Assembly (NCBI GenBank): GCA_019347805.1
Contig: JAHWKR010000001.1
Coordinates: 88,881 to 152,880 of the forward strand
Direction: 5' to 3'
DNA: 64,000 nt
DNA from: Methanobacteriota archaeon
GTDB lineage: Archaea; Thermoplasmatota; E2; JACPAO01; JAHWKR01
Each line of letters begins with the position of its first letter. Position 1 is the first letter of the stretch. Below, piece by piece: positions 30,676-40,788 of this stretch. The position numbers and the translations under genes were made by a program. The notes beneath the pieces are model-generated. The model was not told where the DNA came from and ran no database searches. It saw only the letters and a program-made list of their open reading frames with translations.

Positions 30676-32148
30676 TCAGACCGTCTTCTTCTCCACTTTT
30701 CCCGCTTCCTTGAACTGGCCGAGGCTGGTCTGGCTGCGCAGGCGTTCGCCGGGGATCTCGACGGGGTAGGCGCCGGTCACGCAGCCGAGGCAGAGGCTGT
30801 TCTGGCTGAAACCGAGGGCACCGACAAGGCCGGGCAGTGAGACGAAGGCCAGCGAGTCGGCGTCGATCATGGTGCGGATCTCGTCGACCGAGTGGTTGGC
30901 GGCGACCAGTTGGTCCCGTGTGTGCATGTCGATGCCGAGGTAGCAGGGCGACACGATGGGTGGACTGGTGATGCGGACATGCACTTCCTTGGCCCCGGCG
31001 TCGCGTAGGAGGTGGACGATGCGGCGCATGGTGGTGCCGCGGACGATGGAGTCGTCGACGAGCATGACGCGGCGGCCTTCGATGAAGCGCTTGATGGGGT
31101 TGAGCTTGAGTTTGACGTTGAGCTCCCTGGTGTCCTGGCCGGGCATGATGAAGGTGCGGTGGACATAGCGGTTCTTGATGAGGGCCTCCTTGTAGGGGAG
31201 GTCGGCGGCCTCGGCGAGTCCTTGGGCACCGGCGCGGCCGGAGTCGGGCACGGGCACGACGATGTCGACGTCGGCGGGGGATTCTTCCCAGAGCCGGGCG
31301 CCGATGCGACTGCGGGCGTCATGCACCAACACGCCGTCCAGGACAGAGTCGCTGCGGGCGAAGTAGACGTGCTCGAAGAAGCAGTGCGCCGTCGAGCCTT
31401 CGTTGGCAACAGAGTGCGATTCGAAGCCGTGGGGGGTGAGCTCGAGGATCTCGCCGGGTTCGACGTCGCGGATGTATTCGGCGCCGAGGACGTCGAGGGC
31501 GGTGGTCTCCGAGGCGACGATATAACTGCCGTCGACCTCGCCGAGGACGAGCGGTTTGATGGCGAGGGGGTCGCGGACGGCGAAGAGCCGTTCGCCGATG
31601 ATGAAGAGAAAACAGTAGGCGCCGCGGATCTTGCTCATGAGGTCCTTGATGGCCTTGACCGGGTTGTGGGTCTGGGCCAGTTCGTTGGCGAGCATGCGGA
31701 CGACCACTTCGGAGTCGTTCTCGCTGACGAACCCCCAGCCTTTGAGCTTGAGCCGTTCGCGGTGTTCGGGGGCGTTCACGACGTCGCCGTTGTGGGCGAG
31801 CGCCACGGTGCCGACCACCGATTCGACGGAGAGCGGTTGGGCGTTCTCGACGCCGCGGCCGCCGGCGGTGCCGTAGCGGACATGGCCGATGCCGAGGCGG
31901 CCCGAGAGCCGTGCCAGGTCCTCCGAGGTGAACGCCTGGTCGACGAGACCCAGCGCCTTGTGGGTGCGGACGGCGCCCCCTTCGGCGAGGATCGAGATGC
32001 CGGCGCTCTCCTGGCCCCGATGCTGGAGGGCACGGAGGCCATAGAAGATGGGGGTGGCGACGTCTTCCGTGGAGACGATCCCGATGACCCCGCACTTGTC
32101 CCACATCGGCATTGTGTCGTGTGCGGATGAGACGGCATATTTATACAA
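30676..32148 (-). CDS. purF: Amidophosphoribosyltransferase
   Basis: N-terminal nucleophile context CGVIGIVSTEDV...LQHRGQESAGI; PRTase motif VMLVDDSIVRGTT; the first roughly 17 aa may be a propeptide or a start miscall. Confidence 0.85.
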   Translation of the reverse strand: MYKYAVSSAHDTMPMWDKCGVIGIVSTEDVATPIFYGLRALQHRGQESAGISILAEGGAVRTHKALGLVDQAFTSEDLARLSGRLGIGHVRYGTAGGRGVENAQPLSVESVVGTVALAHNGDVVNAPEHRERLKLKGWGFVSENDSEVVVRMLANELAQTHNPVKAIKDLMSKIRGAYCFLFIIGERLFAVRDPLAIKPLVLGEVDGSYIVASETTALDVLGAEYIRDVEPGEILELTPHGFESHSVANEGSTAHCFFEHVYFARSDSVLDGVLVHDARSRIGARLWEESPADVDIVVPVPDSGRAGAQGLAEAADLPYKEALIKNRYVHRTFIMPGQDTRELNVKLKLNPIKRFIEGRRVMLVDDSIVRGTTMRRIVHLLRDAGAKEVHVRITSPPIVSPCYLGIDMHTRDQLVAANHSVDEIRTMIDADSLAFVSLPGLVGALGFSQNSLCLGCVTGAYPVEIPGERLRSQTSLGQFKEAGKVEKKTV

Positions 32149-32201
32149 ATCGGTATCTGGCTGTGATGGGTCGGCTTTTTATCCAGGAGCGGGCGGCCGC
32201 G

Positions 32202-33164
32202 TCACGATGGTGTCCCGCTCTGCCACGCATGGTCGTCGAGGGGGGGCAGGCGCGCGGCGATGACGAGGAGCGGGTCCTGTTTGTGGTCGTCTTCCATCGT
32301 GTGCACGTCGAAGCGCCACGGGCCGGGGGTGCGGGTGACGAGGCGGACGAGGGGGTGGTCGTGCGCATGGCCGTCGCCATGGCCGCAGCCTTGGGAACCG
32401 GGTGGTGCGGTGCAGGTCCAGTCGATTCGGTGTCCGGGCCGGGAGCCGAAGAACCAGCCGACGAGGCCGTCGTGCGTCGAGAACGACATCGCGAGGTCCT
32501 TTCCTTCGCTCCCGAGGACCTGCACGCCGTGGTGGTCGCCACCGTGCAGATCGGTGAGGGTGCGCATGAGGATGTCCGAGGGGTCGCCTTCGGTGGCGCC
32601 GTGCCGCATGACGCCGCGTGTCCATTCGCTTTCGAGCCGGATGTCGACCGTGTCATGGGTCGAGAAGACGACCAGTTGCACGACACCGGAATGGTTCCGG
32701 GCCGAGAACGGCACTTGGCTCGCGCCGAGGTTGCCCATCAGCCCGCCATAGCCGGGCGTCGCGACATGGGTGTCGTCCTTCTGGATATGCAAAAGGGACG
32801 GGTCGGCGACCGCACCGCCACCGGCGCCACCGATCATCGCGTCTCCGGCGAGGATGAACGATTGGGTCCAGCGTACCTTGGTGGAAAGGTCGTCGCCTTG
32901 GACTGTGACGCCCTTGATCCTGAGCGTCCCGGCAAGGTCGTTGTCCGCGGAGACGATGAAGGCGTACGACCAGAGGGTCGGGCCTTCGCGGCTGTCGTAA
33001 TAGTTGAACGCAGCAGGTGCTACAGGGGGTGGCGCGAGCACCATCTCGGGGGCGGCCGACGCGTCGCCTGCCATGAACGGCACGGCGACAAGGGGCACCG
33101 CGGGGCCGGCGATGAGGCCCGTGGTGAGGATGACGAGGAGGGGGCGGAGCGGAACGGTCAGCAT
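32202..33164 (-). CDS. Secreted calcineurin-like metallophosphoesterase
   Basis: Signal peptide MLTVPLRPLLVILTTGLIAGPAVPLVA; metallophosphatase-like GD/GNH(D/E) motifs including HGGDHHG; ATG at 33164 chosen. Confidence 0.5.
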   Translation of the reverse strand: MLTVPLRPLLVILTTGLIAGPAVPLVAVPFMAGDASAAPEMVLAPPPVAPAAFNYYDSREGPTLWSYAFIVSADNDLAGTLRIKGVTVQGDDLSTKVRWTQSFILAGDAMIGGAGGGAVADPSLLHIQKDDTHVATPGYGGLMGNLGASQVPFSARNHSGVVQLVVFSTHDTVDIRLESEWTRGVMRHGATEGDPSDILMRTLTDLHGGDHHGVQVLGSEGKDLAMSFSTHDGLVGWFFGSRPGHRIDWTCTAPPGSQGCGHGDGHAHDHPLVRLVTRTPGPWRFDVHTMEDDHKQDPLLVIAARLPPLDDHAWQSGTPS

Positions 33165-33422
33165 GATGTCCGACCTCTGACACGCCACGCTCCTACATAG
33201 GGCAGCGGAGGGGACGCGTTCACCCCACTCGGCCGTGGCGGAGAAGGGTCCTAAGGCCTCTCCGTCGGGACGTCGTGGGGGCGACGCTGATATGTCGCAG
33301 AAAAAGCGCCCGCGTTCGCAACATGAGCCGTCCGACCGGACATGTCTGGTGGGACGGCGTTCGGTGGGAAGCCCGCGTCCGCCCATCGTCTCTCCGAACG
33401 ATGTCCGGTCGTCTTCCTCGGC

Positions 33423-34772
33423 CTACGGCACGAAGAGCGCGGCGGCGTCGAGGGCCTGGCCCCAGACGTATTGCGGCAGGATGCCGGCGCCGATGACGAT
33501 GATGAGCCCGATGGACAGCGCGATGGTCGTCGGGAGCGACAGTTCCACCTTGGTCTCGTCCGCGGCCGGTTCGCCGTAGATGAAGCGCACCACCTTGGCG
33601 TAGTAGAAGAGCGACACGAGGCTGTTGGCGATGCCGGCGATGGCGAGCCAGACGAACCAGCGCGGCCCGTCGGTGAAGGCGGACTGGACGGCGCTGTAGA
33701 AGAGCGCGAACTTGGAGGCGAACCCGGCAAACGGCGGCACGCCGGCCAAGGAGAAGAGCATGATGACCAACACGAGCGCCAAAAACGGGTTGCGCAGCCG
33801 GAGGCCCTTCATGTCGTCGAGGCGGTCGCCGATGCCGTAGAGGGCGATGGCGGCGATGATGAGGAAGGCGGTGCCTTTCATGACCGCGTCGGTGAAGAAG
33901 TGGAACAGTCCGCCCGCGACCGCGAGCTGGGTGCCGACGACGACCGCGATGAGGAGGTAGCCCGCGTGGGCGATGGAGGAGTAGGCAAGGAGCCGTTTCA
34001 TGCTGGTCTGCCGGAGCGCGACGATGTTGCCGAGCGTCATGGTGACGATGGCGACGATGCCGAGGAGCACCTCCCAGTCGGGCTTGATGGGCCCGAGGGC
34101 GACGACGAAGACCTTGAGCGCGGCGGCGAAGCCCATGATCTTGCTGCCACCGGAGAGGAAGGCGGAGACCGTGTCGGGGGCGCCGTAGTAGACGTCGGGC
34201 GCGTACATGTGGAACGGCACGGCGGTGATCTTGAACCCGATGCCGACCAGGAGCAGGGTGATGGCGACGAGCGTGACCGGCTGCATGGCGCGCACCTGTC
34301 CGGCGAGCTCGGCCGAGACGGCGTCGAACTGCAGGGTACCGGTGATGCCGTAGACGAGGCTGATGCCGTAGAGCAGGATGGCGCTCGAGAGCGCGCCGAC
34401 GACGAAGTACTTGACCGACGCCTCGACCTTGCGGCCGTCGTTCTTGAGGTAGCCGGCGAGGATGTAGCTCGAGAGCGATGCGGTCTCGAGGCCGATGAAG
34501 AGGGTGATGAAGTCGCGCGCAGAAGCGACCACCATCATGCCGACCGTGGCGACGGTGATGAGTGTGTAGTATTCGGTGGGGTTGCGGAAGCGCTCGGCGT
34601 AGTCGAGCGAGACGAGCACCACGAGGATCGACACCAACAGGAAGACGATCTTGAGGAACTGGCTGAAGAGGGTGACCTCATAGAGGTCGAAGACCACCTT
34701 GCCGAGGTGGTTGCCGGTCACCATCATGATGCCGACCAGGATGAGCGCGCCGATCAAGGCGAAGAGCGTCAA
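33423..34772 (-). CDS. nuoN: NADH-quinone oxidoreductase subunit N; true start lies upstream, about 34881
   Basis: Polytopic antiporter-like subunit; TTG at 34772 is the only in-frame candidate, yet in-frame upstream sequence encodes a conserved TM1 (see findings). Confidence 0.8.
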   Translation of the reverse strand: MTLFALIGALILVGIMMVTGNHLGKVVFDLYEVTLFSQFLKIVFLLVSILVVLVSLDYAERFRNPTEYYTLITVATVGMMVVASARDFITLFIGLETASLSSYILAGYLKNDGRKVEASVKYFVVGALSSAILLYGISLVYGITGTLQFDAVSAELAGQVRAMQPVTLVAITLLLVGIGFKITAVPFHMYAPDVYYGAPDTVSAFLSGGSKIMGFAAALKVFVVALGPIKPDWEVLLGIVAIVTMTLGNIVALRQTSMKRLLAYSSIAHAGYLLIAVVVGTQLAVAGGLFHFFTDAVMKGTAFLIIAAIALYGIGDRLDDMKGLRLRNPFLALVLVIMLFSLAGVPPFAGFASKFALFYSAVQSAFTDGPRWFVWLAIAGIANSLVSLFYYAKVVRFIYGEPAADETKVELSLPTTIALSIGLIIVIGAGILPQYVWGQALDAAALFVP

Positions 34773-34891
34773 CCGTCCGGCGTCGCGCTTGTAGCGCGGG
34801 CTCTTTTGGAGCGCCAGCGAGACCAGTGGGACGATGAGGACGAAGAGGAGCAGCAGCAGTTCCGGCGCGATGGCGCGCCACTCGAAGACCG

Positions 34892-36409
34892 CTATGCGCT
34901 CACCCCCTCGACCGCGTAGGAGACATCAAGGTCCATGGTACCCAATATGGCGTCCGAGCCGGCGGTGAGGATGTCGGTGAGCAGCATGGGAGCGACGCCG
35001 TAGACGATGGAGAGCACGATCAGGATGAGAAGGGGCCAGAACTCGTTCCGGGTGATGTCATGGATCTTCGCGGTCTCGATGCGCGTGGTCAGCTCGCCGA
35101 AGAAGGCGCGCTTGGCCGCCCAGAGGTAGTATCCGGCGGTCAGCGGGACGGCCGCCACGGCGAAGAGCAAGGTGAAGCCGAACGCCTTGTAGGTGCCGAG
35201 GAAGATGAGCACCTCGGCGACGAAACCGGCCATGCCGGGAAGGCCCAGGCTCGCCATGAACGCGGCCATGCCGAGCGCGACGCCTTTGGGCATCCTGAGG
35301 GCGATACCGCCGAGCTCCGGGATGAGCCGTGTGCCGGCGGCGTGCTGGATGACCCCGGCGGCCATGAAGAGGGCCGGGCTGATGAGCCCGTGCGCGAACA
35401 TCATGTACATGCCGCCGACGATGCCGAGCGGGTGCAGGGTGGCGAAGCCGAGGAGCACCATGCCCATGTGCGAGATGGAGGAGTAGGCGATGACGCTCTT
35501 GAGGTCGCGTTGGCCGAGCGCCACGAAGGCGGGCCAGAGGATGGCGACGATGGCGAGGAAGACGAGGAGCGGTTGCAGCTCGAGGACGCCCTGCGGGAGC
35601 GTCGGGAAAGCGAAGCGCAGGAAGCCGTAGGCACCGAGCTTGAGGAGCACGCCCGCCAGGATGACGGAACCGCCGGTCGGCGCCTGCACGTGCGCATCGG
35701 GCAACCAGGTGTGCACCGGGACGAGGGGCATCTTGGTGCCGAAGCCGACCAGGAAGGTGGCGAAGACGCCCGCCTGGAGCGTGCGCGAGAGCCCCTTGCC
35801 GACATCGAGGAGCGCGAAGTAGTCGAACGTGCCGGGGCCCTTGGCGTAGAGCGTCATGATGCCGATGAGCATCACAAGGCTCGCGATGAAGGTGTAGGTG
35901 AGGAACTTGACCGCGGCGTACTTCCGTTCCGGTCCACCCCAGAGCAGGATGAGGAAGAACATCGGCAACAGGACGAGTTCCCAGAAGATGTAGAACAGGA
36001 AGTAGTCGAGGGCGACGAAGACGCCGATGACCGCGACCTCAAGGAGGAGCATGAGCCCGACGTAGGCCGAGGTGCGCTCCTTGACGTCCCAACTGAACCA
36101 GAGGACCAGCGTGGTGAGAAGACCGGTCAGGAAGACCATGGGGCCCGAGATGCCGTCGATGCCGAAGCTGGCGCTCGCGCCGATCGCGGGGATCCATTCC
36201 CAGGAGCCGTAGTAGGACATGTCGGCGGCGGTGTAGGCCCCGGCACCGATGCGCGTCCCGGTCACCGCCAGGACACCGAGCGCGAGCGGTACGAGCGAGA
36301 CGAGGATGCCGACCCGCTTCGCCACTTCGGCGGGGAGCTTGAAGCTCACCAGGCTGCCAAGCAGCGTGATGCCGAGCGCGACGGGGATGTAGAGGGACTC
36401 GTAGGCCAT
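34892..36409 (-). CDS. nuoM: NADH-quinone oxidoreductase subunit M
   Basis: 505 aa antiporter-like subunit, conserved position in operon. Confidence 0.85.
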   Translation of the reverse strand: MAYESLYIPVALGITLLGSLVSFKLPAEVAKRVGILVSLVPLALGVLAVTGTRIGAGAYTAADMSYYGSWEWIPAIGASASFGIDGISGPMVFLTGLLTTLVLWFSWDVKERTSAYVGLMLLLEVAVIGVFVALDYFLFYIFWELVLLPMFFLILLWGGPERKYAAVKFLTYTFIASLVMLIGIMTLYAKGPGTFDYFALLDVGKGLSRTLQAGVFATFLVGFGTKMPLVPVHTWLPDAHVQAPTGGSVILAGVLLKLGAYGFLRFAFPTLPQGVLELQPLLVFLAIVAILWPAFVALGQRDLKSVIAYSSISHMGMVLLGFATLHPLGIVGGMYMMFAHGLISPALFMAAGVIQHAAGTRLIPELGGIALRMPKGVALGMAAFMASLGLPGMAGFVAEVLIFLGTYKAFGFTLLFAVAAVPLTAGYYLWAAKRAFFGELTTRIETAKIHDITRNEFWPLLILIVLSIVYGVAPMLLTDILTAGSDAILGTMDLDVSYAVEGVSA

Positions 36410-36413
36410 CGGT

Positions 36414-38414
36414 TCACCACCCCAGGAAGGGGAAGACGTATTGCAGGAGGATGAGGACGATCGAGACGCTCACGATGACCGTGGCGGCGTAGGTGGTCAC
36501 CACACCGGTCTGCCAGGTGCGCATGTGGCCGCCGGCCCAGGTCGTTCCGCGGGCGAGGCCGTTGACGATGCCGTCGATGACGTAGCGGTCGATGAGCGCC
36601 GAGAGAGCGCCACCGACGACGCCGACGAAGCGGCCGGTGCCGACGGTGAGGTCGTTGAGGTACCAGCGTCGGGTCGCGCCGTTGTGAAGAGCGGAGAAGC
36701 GCGTCTTCATGCGCTCCGGTGAGACCGAGCCCTTGACGTACATCGCCCACGCGAGCGCCACGCCGGCGGCCGCGACGGCGATGGAGAGCCAGGTGAGCGG
36801 GCTCGTGAAGAGATGGACCAGGAACTCGGAGGCGTGGAAGGCGTGCACCTCAATGAAGCCGGGGGTGTAGCTCTCAAGGTCGTGCGCCATGTAGGGCTCG
36901 AAGCCGCCGAAGCCGCCGAAGGGCACGAAGAAGAAGAGGCCCGAGAAGAGGGCGAAGAAGGCGAGGATGGAGATGGGCCAGAGCATCACCTTGGGCGATT
37001 CGTGGGCATGTTCGGCCATCTCCGAGCGCGGTTCCCCGGCGAAGGTGCTGAACCACATGCGGAACATGTAGAACGCGGTCATGAACGCCGTCAGCACCGC
37101 AAGCCCCCAGAGCACCATGAGGATCGGTTCGCTGCCGCCGGCCGTGTTCGCCGCGGCGAGGATCTCGTCCTTCGACCAGAACCCGGCAAGGGGCGGGATT
37201 CCGGCGATGGAGACGGAGCAGATCAGCATGACCCACGAGGTCACCGGCATCTTGCGGTGCAGTCCGCCCATCTGGCGGAAGTCGTACGGGTTCGCCGCAT
37301 GGTGGAACGCGTGCCCCACCGAACCCGCGCCCAGGAAGAGACCGGCCTTGAAGAACGCGTGGTTCATCAGGTGGAAGAGCGCGGCGACATAGCCGATGGG
37401 ACTCCCGGTCTTGACCAGGATGAGCCCGCCGGCGCCGAGGCCGAGGAACATGTAGCCGAGTTGCGACAGCGTCGAATAGGCCAACACCCGCTTGATGTCG
37501 TACATCACGAGGGCCATGGTCGCCGCGTAGAACGCGGTGAAGCCGCCGATGACCGCGACGACGGTGAAGACGTCTGGGGTGTGGACGAAGACCGGGAAGC
37601 TGCGCGCGACGAGGAAGACACCGGCCTTGACCATGGTGGCGGCGTGGATGAGCGCCGAGACGGTGGTGGGGCCTTCCATGGCGTCCGGAAGCCATGCGTG
37701 CAGGGGGAACTGGGCCGACTTGCCGACCGCGCCGCCGAAGATCATGAGCGCGGCGAAAAGGAGCGGCATGGTGTCCTGCGCGGCGGGGTCCTTGACCGCT
37801 TCGAAGATCTCGCGATAGTCGAAGGTGCCGAAGTGGACGAAGAGGATGACGATGCCCACAAGGAGCATGACGTCGCCGACGCGGGTGACCAGGAACGCCT
37901 TGAGGCTCGCCGCGGCGGCGCTCGGCCGGCGGAACCAGTAGCCGATGAGGAGATAGGAGCAGAGGCCCATGATCTCCCAGAAGAGGAACATGAGGAGGAA
38001 GTTGTCCGCCAGGACGGTGCCGAGCATACCGCCGGCGAAGAGGCCGACCTCGGCGTAGTAGCGCCGGCGTCCTTTGCCTTCCTCGCCCATGTAGCCCCAT
38101 GAATAGATGACGATGAGGAGGACGAGGAGCGACACGAGGAGCGCCATGAAGGACGACAGGTTGTCGACCAGGAAGCCCATGTCGATGGTGTGGCTGCCGG
38201 TGGAGAGCCATTCCCAGCTGCGCTGGAACGGTTCGCCGCCTTGGACCACCTGACCGAAAGCCCCCACCGACATCGCCAGGGAGCCGACGATGGCGGCGAT
38301 GAGCAGCGACGCTCCGCCCTGCGGCAGCTTGTGGCCGACGAAGGTGATGATGAGCGCCGCCAGGATGGGAAGGAGCGGGATGAGCCATGCTTGTTCGAGG
38401 AAGAAGCTCGCCAT
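36414..38414 (-). CDS. nuoL: NADH-quinone oxidoreductase subunit L
   Basis: 666 aa with long C-terminal extension typical of NuoL. Confidence 0.85.
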   Translation of the reverse strand: MASFFLEQAWLIPLLPILAALIITFVGHKLPQGGASLLIAAIVGSLAMSVGAFGQVVQGGEPFQRSWEWLSTGSHTIDMGFLVDNLSSFMALLVSLLVLLIVIYSWGYMGEEGKGRRRYYAEVGLFAGGMLGTVLADNFLLMFLFWEIMGLCSYLLIGYWFRRPSAAAASLKAFLVTRVGDVMLLVGIVILFVHFGTFDYREIFEAVKDPAAQDTMPLLFAALMIFGGAVGKSAQFPLHAWLPDAMEGPTTVSALIHAATMVKAGVFLVARSFPVFVHTPDVFTVVAVIGGFTAFYAATMALVMYDIKRVLAYSTLSQLGYMFLGLGAGGLILVKTGSPIGYVAALFHLMNHAFFKAGLFLGAGSVGHAFHHAANPYDFRQMGGLHRKMPVTSWVMLICSVSIAGIPPLAGFWSKDEILAAANTAGGSEPILMVLWGLAVLTAFMTAFYMFRMWFSTFAGEPRSEMAEHAHESPKVMLWPISILAFFALFSGLFFFVPFGGFGGFEPYMAHDLESYTPGFIEVHAFHASEFLVHLFTSPLTWLSIAVAAAGVALAWAMYVKGSVSPERMKTRFSALHNGATRRWYLNDLTVGTGRFVGVVGGALSALIDRYVIDGIVNGLARGTTWAGGHMRTWQTGVVTTYAATVIVSVSIVLILLQYVFPFLGW

Positions 38415-38415
38415 T

Positions 38416-38724
38416 CTACCACCTCATGGTCTTGACCGACGTGACGTTCACGGTCTGCTTGTAGCGGAACAGATTGATGAAGATGGCCAGACCGACCGCC
38501 GCCTCGGCCGCCGCGATGGCGATCGAGAACAGCGTGTAGACGAGCCCGGCAGGGTCTGCGTGATGGGCGCTGAAGGCGACGAAGTTGAGGTTGGCACCGT
38601 TCAGGATGAGCTCGATGGAGATGAGCAGCCGGATGCCGTTCGTGTTCGTGATGACCCCGAAGAGGCCGATGGCGAACAGGATGGCCGAGACGCCGACGAA
38701 GGCGTAGGTGGGCACGTCGATCAT
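38416..38724 (-). CDS. nuoK: NADH-quinone oxidoreductase subunit K
   Basis: 102 aa, 3 TM, LISIELILNGANLNFVAF motif. Confidence 0.85.
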   Translation of the reverse strand: MIDVPTYAFVGVSAILFAIGLFGVITNTNGIRLLISIELILNGANLNFVAFSAHHADPAGLVYTLFSIAIAAAEAAVGLAIFINLFRYKQTVNVTSVKTMRW

Positions 38725-38984
38725 CGGCGGGTGCCCTCCTTGTTGGCGAGGTAGAGCGCGCCGATGAGGGCGGCGAGCAGGAGGAAGCCGAGCATCTCGA
38801 ACGGGATGAGGTGCAGTGTGAACATGTCCTGGGCCATGCCGTTGAAGAGGTCGGCGCGGTCGGCGTTCTGGTACCAGTCGAGGCTGCCGACGACGGCGAA
38901 GAGCATGACCGCGAGGATGACGAGCACCATGATGCCCTTCGCTTCCTTGGTCTCGCGCTCGGCGCGCGGGTCGGGCGCGTCCAT
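38721..38984 (-). CDS. nuoJ2: NADH-quinone oxidoreductase subunit J, C-terminal half (J2)
   Basis: C-terminal NuoJ-like sequence MVLVILAVMLFAVVGSLDW...; separate ORF from J1 with a stop at 39002-39004 between them. Confidence 0.6.
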   Translation of the reverse strand: MDAPDPRAERETKEAKGIMVLVILAVMLFAVVGSLDWYQNADRADLFNGMAQDMFTLHLIPFEMLGFLLLAALIGALYLANKEGTRR

Positions 38985-39001
38985 GTCGTAGGGACCGGGG
39001 C

Positions 39002-39277
39002 TCACGGTGCCACCTCCTCTTCCTCTTCGGCGGTGAACATGATGCTGAACAGGATGAGCGTCAGGATGGCGCCGATGTAGATGAGCACCTGGATGCCCGC
39101 GAGGAACTCGCTGCCGAGGAACAGGAAGAAGCCGGCGACGCCGAAGAGGACCACGGCGAGCCACATGGCGCTATGGACGAGCCGCGGGGTCACCACGGCC
39201 AGGACGGCGGCCCCCAATGTGACGAGCGTGAGCGTCCAGAATCCGACCCAGTCGAGGACGACGCCGAGTTCCGCCAT
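39002..39277 (-). CDS. nuoJ1: NADH-quinone oxidoreductase subunit J, N-terminal half (J1)
   Basis: 91 aa, LIYIGAILTLILFSIMF typical NuoJ N-terminal region. Confidence 0.65.
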   Translation of the reverse strand: MAELGVVLDWVGFWTLTLVTLGAAVLAVVTPRLVHSAMWLAVVLFGVAGFFLFLGSEFLAGIQVLIYIGAILTLILFSIMFTAEEEEEVAP

Positions 39278-39715
39278 TCAGGGATCCCCCATCTCGGGTT
39301 CTTCGGCACGGATCTGGTTCTCGGTCTTGTCGAGCATGACCGGTGAGTAGAGCGCCCCGCGCTGGTAGCGCGCGAGCTCGTATTCACGGGTGACGTGGAT
39401 GCATTCGACGGGGCACACCTCTTCGCAGAAGCCGCAGTAGATGCACTTGGCCACCTCGACCTGGGGGTAGGTGCCCTTCTTGTTGGCGTCCGGGTTGTGC
39501 TCGAAGTCGGTCATGGTGCACGAGCCGTTCGGGCATGCCTGGGCGCACATGGAACAGCCGATGCAGCGGTCGAGCCGGAGGGCGATGCGGCCTCTCCAGC
39601 GTTCCGCGACGCCGCGTTTCACTTCGGGGTACTCGTACGTGTCCTTCGGGCGTCCAAGGTGCTTGAGCGTCGTCGCCATGCCCTTGAAGATGCCCATGAG
39701 CGGAATGCTGGCCAT
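39278..39715 (-). CDS. nuoI: NADH-quinone oxidoreductase subunit I (2x[4Fe-4S] ferredoxin-type)
   Basis: Two CxxCxxCxxxCP motifs (CIGCSMCAQACP, CIYCGFCEEVCP); ATG at 39715. Confidence 0.85.
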   Translation of the reverse strand: MASIPLMGIFKGMATTLKHLGRPKDTYEYPEVKRGVAERWRGRIALRLDRCIGCSMCAQACPNGSCTMTDFEHNPDANKKGTYPQVEVAKCIYCGFCEEVCPVECIHVTREYELARYQRGALYSPVMLDKTENQIRAEEPEMGDP

Positions 39716-39717
39716 GT

Positions 39718-40776
39718 TCAGTACACCCCCCAGACCTTGAGTGCGACGGCGATCACAAGGTTGAGGATCGAGAGGGGGAAGAGCGTCTTCCAGGCGTAGT
39801 TGAGGAACTGGTCGACGCGGAAGCGCGGCAGGGTGACCCAGATCCAGAACACCAGGAAGACCAGGCCGAAGGTCTTGAGGAGGAACCAGACGAGCGGGGG
39901 CAGGAAGCCGGGGCCGGTCCAGCCGCCGAAGAAGAAGGTGACGGTGAGGGCGCTCAGGAAGAAGATGCCGCTGAACATGGCGACGAAGAAGAAGCCGAAG
40001 CGCATGCCCGAGTATTCCGTGGTGAGGCCCGAGATGAGCTCGCTCTCGGACTCGCCGAGGTCGGTGGGGATGATGCCGGTCTTGGCAAGCAGCGACACGA
40101 AGAAGATGAACGCGCCGATGATCTGCGGGAAGACGAACCATTTGGGGATGAACCCGAACCAGTAGCCTTGCTGGGCCATGACCGCGCCTTGTGTGTCGAG
40201 GCCGCCGACGAGGAGCACGATGCTCGCCGCCGAGATGACAAGCGGGATCTCGTAGGAGAAGTCGAGCGCGGCCGCACGGATGCCGCCGTACATGCTGTAC
40301 TTGTTGTTGGAGCCCCAGGCGGCCATGAGCTCACCGAGCGGCGGGAGAGCGGAGACGGCGAGGATGAAGACGACGCCGTAGGCGAGGTTGCTGAAGATGA
40401 TGACGTCCGACCATGGGAGCGGGGCCCACGCCAGGACGAACGGCACGACCACCACGTAGGGCGCAAGGCGATAGGTCCACTTGTCGGCCTTGGAGGGCAA
40501 GAGGTCCTCCTTGGTGAGCAGCTTGATGCCGTCGGCGAGGAACTGCAGCATCCCTTCTGGCCCGACCCGGTTCGGGCCCTTGCGGAGACCGAAGAAGGCG
40601 AAGAGCCGGCGGAACACCCAGGTGAAGAGGCCGCCGATGGTGAGCGCGACGGTGAAAAGGAGCACGCTCGCCACCAACCACCAGACGAGCTTGGTGACGA
40701 TGAGCGGCATCTCCGGGAGTCCGAACTGGGCGGCGACGTCGCCCAGGAAACTGTGGAGCTGGTCGATGAACGTCAT
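39718..40776 (-). CDS. nuoH: NADH-quinone oxidoreductase subunit H
   Basis: 352 aa, 8 TM, conserved NuoH/ND1 motifs. Confidence 0.85.
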   Translation of the reverse strand: MTFIDQLHSFLGDVAAQFGLPEMPLIVTKLVWWLVASVLLFTVALTIGGLFTWVFRRLFAFFGLRKGPNRVGPEGMLQFLADGIKLLTKEDLLPSKADKWTYRLAPYVVVVPFVLAWAPLPWSDVIIFSNLAYGVVFILAVSALPPLGELMAAWGSNNKYSMYGGIRAAALDFSYEIPLVISAASIVLLVGGLDTQGAVMAQQGYWFGFIPKWFVFPQIIGAFIFFVSLLAKTGIIPTDLGESESELISGLTTEYSGMRFGFFFVAMFSGIFFLSALTVTFFFGGWTGPGFLPPLVWFLLKTFGLVFLVFWIWVTLPRFRVDQFLNYAWKTLFPLSILNLVIAVALKVWGVY

Positions 40777-40788
40777 GCCTTTTCCCTC

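Noticed and set aside
35060-38102. Plus-strand ORFs 35060-36454 and 36813-38102 inside nuoM/nuoL
   Set aside because: Antisense to conserved membrane-subunit genes; Glu/Asp/Arg/Gly-rich, no TM helices.
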